Shown in pieces: positions 28,412 to 36,156 of a stretch of DNA of 64,000 nt. Under the pieces are notes generated by a model. It saw only the letters and a program-made list of their open reading frames with translations. It was not told the DNA's origin and did not search any database. Both the position numbers and the translations under genes were made by a program. The stretch comes from an uncultured bacterium (lineage in GTDB: Bacteria > Patescibacteriota > Minisyncoccia > Phycocordibacterales > PALSA-1337). The stretch is taken from the NCBI GenBank assembly GCA_963851055.1, contig CAWKMY010000006.1, positions 142,965-206,964 on the forward strand, read 5' to 3'. The stretch's first letter is position 1. The number at the start of each line of letters is the position of its first letter.

Positions 28412-28624
28412 ATGGATACAAACAATACCAATGCTCCAGCGACATGCTCATGCAAGCATCACAAGATCTTTCCCTGGATCCTCATCCTTATAGGTTTAGA
28501 TTTCCTTCTAGGCTCGCTCAACATTCTGACGTGGAGCGCGGTCGGTATCATTTGGCCGATACTTCTCATCGTCATCGGCGTCATGAAGCTTTCCAAGGGT
28601 AAGTGTGGTTGTTGCAAGAAGTAG
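28412..28624 (+). CDS. DUF5668/LiaF-N-like small Cys-rich membrane protein
   Basis: A 70-aa protein with two TM helices and a C-terminal KGKCGCCKK. Confidence 0.5.
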   Translation: MDTNNTNAPATCSCKHHKIFPWILILIGLDFLLGSLNILTWSAVGIIWPILLIVIGVMKLSKGKCGCCKK

Positions 28625-28676
28625 CTTCTCGCTACGTAATACTATCCCCATGATAGCCGTAGGCGTCAGAGAGAAT

Positions 28677-29273
28677 ATGGGCAGAAAGACATTCCTCCTT
28701 TTGCTGTCCAGGAAGACGACGGTTGCTGTAGTTCTGCTTCTCATCTCCATTATCCTTTTTTCTGTCAACGGTTCCTTGGCTTTCGGCATAGCCGGCATAA
28801 TGGCGATGGGAGGTACGGTTTCGGTGGCGACAGCCTCGTCTATAGATGGGGTCATCGCGTATATAAGCCTGCTTTTATTTCTGGGTGCCGTGATCGCTTT
28901 TTTCCTAGGCCTGATCGTCACTCTTCTCCAATATCGTAACTACGCTTTCACTTTGGACGAGTTCGGCGTAAAGATGCACCGGGGTATATTGAGTCAGAGG
29001 GAGATATCGGTGCCTTACCGCCAGATTCAGGATGTGGACATCATCAGGAACATCCCACACCGACTTTTCGGCGTGAGCAAACTGGTGATGATGACGGCCG
29101 GACACGCGGATAAGGGTCAGGAGAACGACGGTACGGACACGGTCTTTGACCCTATAGACAAAGACTTGGCCGAAGAGATGAGAGCCTTCTTGGAACGTAA
29201 AATCGGAGTTCAGGTCATCGAAGGCACGGTTCAGGCGGACACGGAAGAAAAAGTCGAGGAAAAAATTGCTTAA
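28677..29273 (+). CDS. Bacterial PH-domain (bPH_2, YdbT/YdbS-like) membrane protein
   Basis: TM pairs followed by YRNYAFTLDEFGVKMHRGILSQREISVPYRQIQDVDI. The start was moved to ATG 28677. Confidence 0.65.
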   Translation: MGRKTFLLLLSRKTTVAVVLLLISIILFSVNGSLAFGIAGIMAMGGTVSVATASSIDGVIAYISLLLFLGAVIAFFLGLIVTLLQYRNYAFTLDEFGVKMHRGILSQREISVPYRQIQDVDIIRNIPHRLFGVSKLVMMTAGHADKGQENDGTDTVFDPIDKDLAEEMRAFLERKIGVQVIEGTVQADTEEKVEEKIA

Positions 29274-29308
29274 ATGCGGGGGAGCCTATATAATCAAGCC
29301 CACGCCAT

Positions 29309-29962
29309 ATGAATACAAAACGCATCATATTTTGGGTGATTTTCGTCGTCGTTCTCGGTCTTATCGTCTGGGGTTTGGGTGTTGCAATGAATAAACCGGC
29401 GGCAAGCTCGAATTTAGCCGCTCCAGCACCCGTTACCTCGGCTGATCACATCATCGGTGCGGCCAGTGCCCCCGTCACCATGATCGAATACGGTGATTTT
29501 GAATGTCCAGCCTGCGGCGTATATGCCCCGATAGTCGAGAGGCTCGTCGCTACTGACGCTTCCACCACTCTTCGCCTAGTCTTCCGTCATTTTCCTCTGC
29601 CACAGCACGCAAACGCTCCTCTAGCCGCCCAAGCTTCCGAAGCCGCGGCCATGCAGGGAAAGTTCTGGGATATGTACCGCCTGCTTTACGCCAATCAAGC
29701 GGATTGGGTAAACCTTTCCGATCCGCATTCTATTTTTGACGGGTATGCAGAGCAGGTCGGTCTCGACATGACCAAGTTCAAGGCTGACATAGACAGCACC
29801 GCCGCCAAAGCTGCTGTTGTAGCCGACCAAACGGAAGGTGAGCATATAGGCATAGACCAGACTCCGACCTTCTTTGTTAACGGCAAAGCCGTAATAAATC
29901 CCCAAAGCTATGAAGCATTTCAAGCACTTATTGAAGCGGCCGCTTCAGGAAGTTCCAATTAA
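29309..29962 (+). CDS. DsbA-family thiol:disulfide oxidoreductase
   Basis: N-terminal TM and the thioredoxin CxxC motif (FECPAC) in a DsbA-like context. Confidence 0.8.
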   Translation: MNTKRIIFWVIFVVVLGLIVWGLGVAMNKPAASSNLAAPAPVTSADHIIGAASAPVTMIEYGDFECPACGVYAPIVERLVATDASTTLRLVFRHFPLPQHANAPLAAQASEAAAMQGKFWDMYRLLYANQADWVNLSDPHSIFDGYAEQVGLDMTKFKADIDSTAAKAAVVADQTEGEHIGIDQTPTFFVNGKAVINPQSYEAFQALIEAAASGSSN

Positions 29963-30386
29963 AGCAGTCGCCCTTCTTCTCGTCTTGGCGCTTATCGGTT
30001 TTGCCGACGCCTCATTCCTTTCCATAGAGCATTTCAGAAATGCCATACCACCATGCACTGTTGGCAGCTGCGAAGCGGTCTTGTCGAGCGCTTACTCGAC
30101 TATTTTCGGCGTACCGGTAGCTCTTTTCGGTGTAATATATTATTTGATGATCTCCATCGGCCTTTTTACTCATCTGGAAGGCAAACATGAGCCGCCTTTG
30201 CGCTGGGTTCTTCTTTTGACTGTCTGCGGCTTTCTGATGTCGCTATGGTTCGTTTTCGTTCAGGCATTTTTACTCCATCAGTATTGTCTTTACTGTCTCG
30301 GTTCAGCGACTATTTCCACCATTCTATTCATTTCGGCAATGGTTGTGTTCAAAAAATACCAGAGCGCGGCGGATATGAACGGCTAG
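29910..30386 (+). CDS. Vitamin K epoxide reductase (VKOR) family protein
   Basis: Four TM segments, loop cysteines (PPCTVGSC) and the active-site CLYC. The start is uncertain, since the ORF overlaps dsbA by 53 nt. Confidence 0.7.
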   Translation: MKHFKHLLKRPLQEVPIKAVALLLVLALIGFADASFLSIEHFRNAIPPCTVGSCEAVLSSAYSTIFGVPVALFGVIYYLMISIGLFTHLEGKHEPPLRWVLLLTVCGFLMSLWFVFVQAFLLHQYCLYCLGSATISTILFISAMVVFKKYQSAADMNG

Positions 30387-30404
30387 AACCGTTTTCTATA
30401 CACC

Positions 30405-31445
30405 ATGAAACATTCAGATATCCTTATAACTAAGCCTTGCGCCGACTATGAACTTATCGATTCCGGTGAAGGTGAGAAATTAGAACGCTTTGGCAAAGTG
30501 ATTCTCGCTAGGCCGGATCCGCAGGCTTTGTGGCCAAAGCGCCTTTCCGCCGCCGAATGGAAAAAAGCCGACGGGACTTTCGGCAGAGTAAGCAGTTCCA
30601 AAAAAGGAGAAGGTGAGAAAGGAGAAAGGGGTGATTGGTCGCTGGATAAAAAAGCCCAGGAGCCCTGGGTCATTGATTTTGCCAATCTGAAGCTGCGTAT
30701 AAAGCCGACGGCTTTCAAGCATGTCGGGCTTTTTCCGGAGCAGGCGATGAATTGGGAGTGGTTAAGGAATTTGATTAATCGCGAAGCGACACTGCAGGGT
30801 GAAGGGACCTTGCGAGCGCGTCGGCGCGAGCACGAGGAATTTTCCAGCAGGAAAATATCCGTGTCCCTGAATCCTGTGGTGACGCGGAGCGATGATATTG
30901 AAGTCCTCAACCTTTTCGGCTATACCGGCGGCGCCACTCTAGCTTGCGCTCAAGCCGGTGCCAAAGTCGTGCACATAGATGGGTCAAAGACCGCCGTGAC
31001 TTGGGCTAGGGAAAATGCTGAATTGTCTGGTCTCAAAGATAAGCCTATACGCTGGATTGTCGAAGATGCAAGAGCCTTTGTTGAACGAGAGTTGAAGCGT
31101 GGCAAGTCTTATGACGGTATTATCATGGATCCACCAGCATTCGGTCATGGTCCGGAAAATGAATTGTGGAAGATAGAGGAACATTTTCTGAAACTTATAG
31201 AGGATTGTAAAAAGCTTTTGAAGCCAAAACCACTTTTCTTTCTCATCAACGGATATTCAGCGGGATATTCAGCGGTAGCTTATGAAAATAATCTCCTACC
31301 TTTAAAGGAAAAGTTTGGCGGAAATATTGAAACAGGGGAATTGGCTATAGAAGAGAGTAGAAAGAAGCAAGGAGAAGGAATTAAGGAGGAAAACGCGGCG
31401 CGCCTTCTGCCATGCGGCATTTTTGCCAGGTGGGCGTTAAAATAG
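30405..31445 (+). CDS. Class I SAM-dependent (RlmI/RlmK-like) methyltransferase
   Basis: SAM-binding block VLNLFGYTGGATLACAQAGAKVVHIDGS and DGIIMDPPAFG. Confidence 0.7.
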   Translation: MKHSDILITKPCADYELIDSGEGEKLERFGKVILARPDPQALWPKRLSAAEWKKADGTFGRVSSSKKGEGEKGERGDWSLDKKAQEPWVIDFANLKLRIKPTAFKHVGLFPEQAMNWEWLRNLINREATLQGEGTLRARRREHEEFSSRKISVSLNPVVTRSDDIEVLNLFGYTGGATLACAQAGAKVVHIDGSKTAVTWARENAELSGLKDKPIRWIVEDARAFVERELKRGKSYDGIIMDPPAFGHGPENELWKIEEHFLKLIEDCKKLLKPKPLFFLINGYSAGYSAVAYENNLLPLKEKFGGNIETGELAIEESRKKQGEGIKEENAARLLPCGIFARWALK

Positions 31446-31476
31446 GCCTGTAAATAGGGCTTTTGCAGATAATCTA

Positions 31477-31506
31477 TTGACAAATAGGTATATTTGGGTG
31501 TATAAT
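31477..31506 (+). promoter_or_regulatory. Near-consensus sigma70-type promoter upstream of the DGR target gene
   Basis: TTGACA, an 18-nt spacer, then TATAAT, read directly from the sequence. Confidence 0.6.
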
Positions 31507-31742
31507 ATCGTCAAGACTTCTAATTGCACCTGAACTCGATCTCAGCTTCGCTGTTGCGGAGATGTGAGAAAGAGACGGCACCATGATGAAGTGAACATGA
31601 ACTATGAAAATTCAAACTCCTCCGCCAGTTATCCTGGCAGGTCCTGATTCCATCTTTTCCGTGGCCGCCAGTTTTGCGTCCCGGATGAACTCGCTCAAGC
31701 TTTCGCAAGAGCGGGTCGAATGAGATCAAGGATGGCGATCCT

Positions 31743-32351
31743 GTGTTCTGGTCGAAGTTTGATTTGGCACTTATGCCGGATCAGACTGAAACCGCGCGCG
31801 AATACGGCGCTATCCTCCATGACTGGTCGAAATTCTACAAGAAGTATTTCGGCATCGTCGCCGACTTCTCGACCATCCGTATCCCCGCCAAGGTTGTCGG
31901 TTTCGACAGGCTCATCATCGTCGCCGAAGGCCTCTCCATCAATCAGGTCTATGAAACCGGAAAGAAAAATTTCGGTTCGTGGAAATGGTGCAGTGGCGAC
32001 ATCGAGTCGAATATGCGCGTCGAAGAGCGTGGCTCGGTCAAGGTGTCCTATGCTATCTGGGTTCGTAATGGTCAAGAAGCCGATGAAGACCTCAAAAACC
32101 TCTCGGCCGAAATGGTTGACCGACCGCAAGACACCGAGAACTTGCTCGAACGTCTTATCCATGGATTCAAGTTCTGGAGCGAGACCAAAGAGCATCTCGA
32201 TATCGAGACCGTCACACTCTGCGCGTCCTCGCGCTATGCCGACGGCGGTGTTCCGGGCGTGCTTCGCAGCGACGTTGGCGGTGTGGGCGTGGACAGGTAT
32301 GGCCGGCGGCTTGCCATTTCGTGCTTGCGTGCTCGCCGGGCAGTCCGGTAA
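31743..32351 (+). CDS. DGR target (variable) protein, uncharacterised family
   Basis: A protein-like 202-codon ORF starting at GTG. The true start may be elsewhere. The variable C-terminus reads ...TLCASSRYADGGVPGVLRSDVGGVGVDRYGRRLAISCLRARRAVR. Confidence 0.65.
   Translation: MFWSKFDLALMPDQTETAREYGAILHDWSKFYKKYFGIVADFSTIRIPAKVVGFDRLIIVAEGLSINQVYETGKKNFGSWKWCSGDIESNMRVEERGSVKVSYAIWVRNGQEADEDLKNLSAEMVDRPQDTENLLERLIHGFKFWSETKEHLDIETVTLCASSRYADGGVPGVLRSDVGGVGVDRYGRRLAISCLRARRAVR
32220..32348 (+). other. Candidate DGR variable region (VR)
   Basis: Hand count: 9 A in 128 nt (32221-32348) versus 33 A in the preceding 120 nt. All three forward frames are open. 18 of the last 43 codons are NNC. Confidence 0.65.
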
Positions 32352-32381
32352 CCTTAATCTTGTTCCTCCTCATTCACTTAC

Positions 32382-32409
32382 CCCCGAGCAAACGAAAGTT
32401 TGCTCGGGG
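32382..32409 (+). promoter_or_regulatory. Perfect 12-bp hairpin with GAAA tetraloop downstream of VR (DGR target-recognition-type hairpin/cruciform)
   Basis: CCCCGAGCAAAC-GAAA-GTTTGCTCGGGG, starting 30 nt after the target stop codon. Confidence 0.75.
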
Positions 32410-32536
32410 TGTATCTTTTATGCCATTATTATCGTGGTTGTTAAATTGGTCTACCTCGCCATTCGCCAGCTGGTGAAGGCGGAGCAGATAACAATTTGCC
32501 ATATAAAGAAACTGCCTGTCTCTTTTTATACTATGC

Positions 32537-33406
32537 TTGGCCAATGGAACATGGAAACCGGATCCGTATACCATTTCAATCATTCAAGATCCAAAGAAAC
32601 GCACTATTCATGCCGCCAGTGTCCGCGATCGAGTCTTATATCAAGCAGTATATCGGTCATTATATCCTATTTTCGATACCTCATTCATCCATGATGTCTA
32701 TTCTTCTCGCGATTTCAAGGGGACTCATACTGGGGTGAATCGGCTTGAAGTATTTGCTCGAAAGGCTTCACGCAATTATACCAGACCGGCTTTCGCTCTC
32801 AAATGCGACATCAGAAAATTCTTTGATTCGGTGGATCATAATATTTTGTTCGAGTTAATTTCAAAGAAGATTTTTGATAAAAAGCTGCTCGATTTTATTC
32901 TCGCCATCATAGATTCATTTCATCATAGACCCGGCAAAGGCTTACCTCTCGGAAATGTCACCAGCCAATTATTTGCGAATATCTATATGGATGAATTCGA
33001 TCAATTCACCAAACATCGGCTCAAGGCGAAATACTATATTCGTTATTGCGATGATTTCGTCATTCTGGATGATTCACGAGAGACTCTCGAGAGGATTATT
33101 CAACCGATAAGTGAATTCTTGTATGAAAAATTGGTTTTGGAGATCCATCCGCGAAAATTGGAGATCCGTAAACTCCGGCAGGGAGTTGATTTTCTGGGTT
33201 ATGTATCATTGCCTCATTACAAAGTCTTAAGAACGAGTACCAAGAAGAGGATGTTGAGAAAAATAGAGGAGGCTAAGGCATTATTTCAAACAGACACTAT
33301 TTCCAAAAACAAACTCCGTAGCATAGTCGCTTCTTATTTAGGTATGTTGAGCCACTGTGAAAGTTGGGGTGTCAGAAACAAAATTCATGCTATGCTTTCC
33401 GGTATC
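32537..33406 (+). CDS. DGR-clade reverse transcriptase, N-terminally short, no own stop codon
   Basis: RT motifs are present: RTIHAASVRDRV, SRDFKGTH, DIRKFFDSVDH, GLPLGNVTSQLFANIYMDEFD, IRYCDDFVIL, GVDFLGY, SYLGMLSH. The ORF starts at TTG 32537 and runs in frame into folD. Confidence 0.8.
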
Positions 33407-34354
33407 ATGTATGCCAAACTCCTCGACGGCCGTATCGCCAGGACCGAACTGAAAAAGAAGCTTGCTGACAGGGTTTCTGCATTCAAGGCAGAGCAGGGCT
33501 TTTCTCCTACTCTCGCTATTATCCAAGTTGGAGACAGACCTGATACGGCTTCATATATAAAAGCAAAGAAGTCATTTGGATCCGAGATCGGAGTTGAAGT
33601 AAGACACATACATTTGAATGAGAATGTTTCTAAAGAAGAGATTATTTCAGAGATTGATGAATTGAATGGCGATAAGACTATTGGCGGTATAATTCTTCAG
33701 TTACCCTTGCCTGAAGCGCTGAATATCAACAGAAAAGAAATTATTGACTCTATCGATCCTCTCAAAGATACCGACGGTTTGACTTCTTCGAATGTAAATG
33801 GATGGAATTTGGCGACTGAAAATCCGATGTTTGATTCAGTTGGTAAAACCGGTATAATTTGGCCAGCCACTGCCAGAGGAGTGCTTGAACTACTATATTT
33901 TTATAAGATTTTCGTGAAAGACAAAAGAGTTTGTATTGTCGGTCGTTCTGAATTAGTTGGTACACCTATAGCAGCTATGTGCCGAAATCAAGGCGCCATC
34001 GTAATAGTTTGTCATTCTAAGACCATCGATTTGGTGAAAGAAACTCGTGCTTCAGACGTCATCATAACTGCCGTGGGAAGGCCGAACCTTATAACAGCTG
34101 GACATGTGCATTCAGGCCAAGCGGTTATCGATGTCGGTATCAACGAAGTCGCAGCCGATAAATCAAATGCCGCTGGTGTCGAGAAGCTGGAAGAAGAGAT
34201 TCCCAAAAGGAAATTGGTTGGCGATGTCGATTTTGAGGCCGTCAAATCAGTGATCGGCAATTCAGGTGCCATCACTCCAGTTCCGGGAGGCGTCGGACCC
34301 ATGACAGTTCTGGCTCTTTTCGAGAATTTGATGGATTTGTGTGGTAAAATATAA
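33407..34354 (+). CDS. folD: Bifunctional methylenetetrahydrofolate dehydrogenase/cyclohydrolase FolD
   Basis: A complete FolD pattern begins at the internal ATG (MYAKLLDGRIA..., LAIIQVGDRPDTASYIKAKKK, GIILQLPLP, DGL, VVGRSELVGTP, PVPGGVGPMT). Confidence 0.85.
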   Translation: MYAKLLDGRIARTELKKKLADRVSAFKAEQGFSPTLAIIQVGDRPDTASYIKAKKSFGSEIGVEVRHIHLNENVSKEEIISEIDELNGDKTIGGIILQLPLPEALNINRKEIIDSIDPLKDTDGLTSSNVNGWNLATENPMFDSVGKTGIIWPATARGVLELLYFYKIFVKDKRVCIVGRSELVGTPIAAMCRNQGAIVIVCHSKTIDLVKETRASDVIITAVGRPNLITAGHVHSGQAVIDVGINEVAADKSNAAGVEKLEEEIPKRKLVGDVDFEAVKSVIGNSGAITPVPGGVGPMTVLALFENLMDLCGKI

Positions 34355-34393
34355 GCACTAACAATCAGCATATTCGTAAATTCGTATTATATC

Positions 34394-35281
34394 ATGCCTA
34401 TACAACAAAAAGTCTGGAAAATCGGTGCTTTCGTCGGAATAGTGTTAGGCCTATACCTGGTTGCTCTTACATTGGGACAGTTAAAGTCGATCTCATACAT
34501 AGGCTCCGGCATCCAGCCGACCAATACCATCTCCGTCGACGGAACAGGCGATGCTTATGCCATTCCTGACATAGCCACATTCTCATTCACAGTGACCGAA
34601 ACAGCCAAGACGGTGACTGCGGCGCAGACAGCGGCTACTACCAAAGCGAACGCCGCCCTTGCCGCAGTCAAAGCCGCCGGCGTAGCCGACAAGGACATCC
34701 AGACTACTTCGTATAATATCAATCCGGATTATGAGTATCAGAATGCGGTTTGTCCGATGGGTACCTACAATAGCGTTGCTCCAGTGTCCGCGCCGGATGT
34801 TTCCAATGGCTCTTCCGGTGGTTCATCTGGCGTAGTTTCTTCGAATGCAATAATCGCCACTCCTATATATTGTCCTTCGGGCAAATCTGTCTTGACCGGC
34901 TATGATGTGTCGGAAACCATTACCGTGAAGGTACGCAACCTCGATAATGCCGGCACGATATTCGCTTCCATAGGCTCTCTGGGCGTAGAGAATGTTAATG
35001 GTCTTGATTTCTCTGTGGATAATCCTGGTGCCGTCCAAGCTCAAGCTCGTGCCACAGCCATTGCTGACGCGCAATCAAAGGCCAAACTTCTAGCCAAACA
35101 ACTCGGCGTAAATCTTGTACGCATAGTCAGTTTTACCGAGGATAACGGCACTGTACCGCAACCCTTGGTGTATGCCATGAATGCTTCGACAGGCGCAGTC
35201 CCGAAAGCCGCGACTCCAACCATAGCCACCGGTCAAGAGAAAGTCACCGACAATGTGACGATAACTTACGAGATAGAGTAG
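34394..35281 (+). CDS. SIMPL/DUF541-domain periplasmic protein
   Basis: N-terminal TM, then a SIMPL pattern (ISVDGTGDAYAIPDIATFSFTV... TSYNINPDYEY ... IATGQEKVTDNVTITYEI). Confidence 0.75.
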   Translation: MPIQQKVWKIGAFVGIVLGLYLVALTLGQLKSISYIGSGIQPTNTISVDGTGDAYAIPDIATFSFTVTETAKTVTAAQTAATTKANAALAAVKAAGVADKDIQTTSYNINPDYEYQNAVCPMGTYNSVAPVSAPDVSNGSSGGSSGVVSSNAIIATPIYCPSGKSVLTGYDVSETITVKVRNLDNAGTIFASIGSLGVENVNGLDFSVDNPGAVQAQARATAIADAQSKAKLLAKQLGVNLVRIVSFTEDNGTVPQPLVYAMNASTGAVPKAATPTIATGQEKVTDNVTITYEIE

Positions 35282-35400
35282 TAGGTACTATTATTTGAAG
35301 GGATTGACTTTGGTCGTTCGAGGGTTTACTATACACAGGTAATCCCCCGCGGGGTTTTTTAGTAAAAAAACCTTGCCAGATATACACTAAATATACACAC

Positions 35401-35580
35401 ATGAGCCGCATCACCGAATATGTCAAAGCCACACGCGCCGAAATGAGCCATGTCAATTGGCCTAGCCGCCAGCAGACGATCAGGTTCACCGTGCTCGTAA
35501 TATTGGTTTCCCTCTGTACCGCAACTCTTCTAGGTATCTCCGATTTTGTATTCTCAAGGCTTCTGACACTTCTCTTTTAA
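35401..35580 (+). CDS. secE: Preprotein translocase subunit SecE
   Basis: A 59-codon ORF that is not in the track. It reads MSRITEYVKATRAEMSHVNWPSRQQ followed by one TM, and sits immediately upstream of nusG. Confidence 0.7.
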   Translation: MSRITEYVKATRAEMSHVNWPSRQQTIRFTVLVILVSLCTATLLGISDFVFSRLLTLLF

Positions 35581-35582
35581 TT

Positions 35583-36129
35583 ATGGCAAAACAATTCACA
35601 ACAGGAGAGCGATCATGGTACGCCATACACACGTATGCCGGCTATGAGAACGCGGTTGCCCGTAATCTAAAGCAGCGTATAGAATCTCTCGGCATGGAGG
35701 ACAAGATATTCAGTGTTGTTGTCCCGACCGAAAAGAAGATCAAGGTAAAGTCCGGCAAGCGCGTCGAAGAGGAAGAGAAGATATATCCAGGATATGTCTT
35801 GGTGGAGATGATCGTCACCGAAGATTCATGGTATGTAGTGCGCAATACGCCTCGTGTGACCGGCTTCGTCGGTTCCGGCGTCAACCCTGTGCCATTGGAT
35901 CCAAAGGAAGTCGAGACTCTTGTTCAGCCGCATGTCTGCTAGCCAGACCGAGCATGCTATAGACCTCTCCGAAGGCGACTTGGTCAAGGTCTCAGATGGC
36001 CCATTCAAAGACTTCGAAGGCAAGGTTGCCGAGGTTGATACCCAGCGCGGCAAGATCAAAGTGCTCGTATCCATGTTCGGCCGCGAGACTCCTGTTGAGT
36101 TGGATTTCTTGCAAGTAAAGAAGGTTTAA
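35583..36129 (+). CDS. nusG: Transcription antiterminator NusG, interrupted by one frameshift near 35915-35925
   Basis: The NGN domain is in ORF 35583..35942 and the KOW domain ([22 protein letters not shown]) in ORF 35920..36129. Joining them needs a 1-nt correction. Confidence 0.8.
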
Positions 36130-36156
36130 GGTAAGGTGTAGCTTCATTTAACTCAT

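Larger units (their letters stand above)
31477..33406 (+). mobile_element. Diversity-generating retroelement cassette (promoter, target gene with VR, hairpin, RT); template repeat not identified
   Basis: The call combines an A-depleted 3' end of the target ORF, a GAAA hairpin, and a same-strand RT with the DGR-type motif-4 LGNVTSQ. Confidence 0.7.

Noticed and set aside
31513-31742. The leader upstream of the target ORF as the template repeat. It is A-rich around 31565-31615 and shares TTGCGT with the VR.
   Set aside because: Alignment to the VR fails within a few bases on either strand under the adenine-only mismatch rule.
32410-32536. The spacer between hairpin and RT as the DGR template repeat. 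It shares TATGCC and TTGCCAT with the VR.
   Set aside because: Base-by-base comparison in both orientations gives many mismatches at non-adenine positions. The segment is T-rich rather than AAC-rich.
31720-32694. A 324-aa ORF on the plus strand, plus the antisense 166-aa ORF 31695..32195, spanning the DGR target, spacer and RT start.
   Set aside because: The translation is Ser/Arg/Pro-rich and low-complexity. The frame is open simply because the GC-rich, A-poor target gene and VR lack stop codons in every frame. The mod-0 frame (31743..32351) is the only protein-like one.
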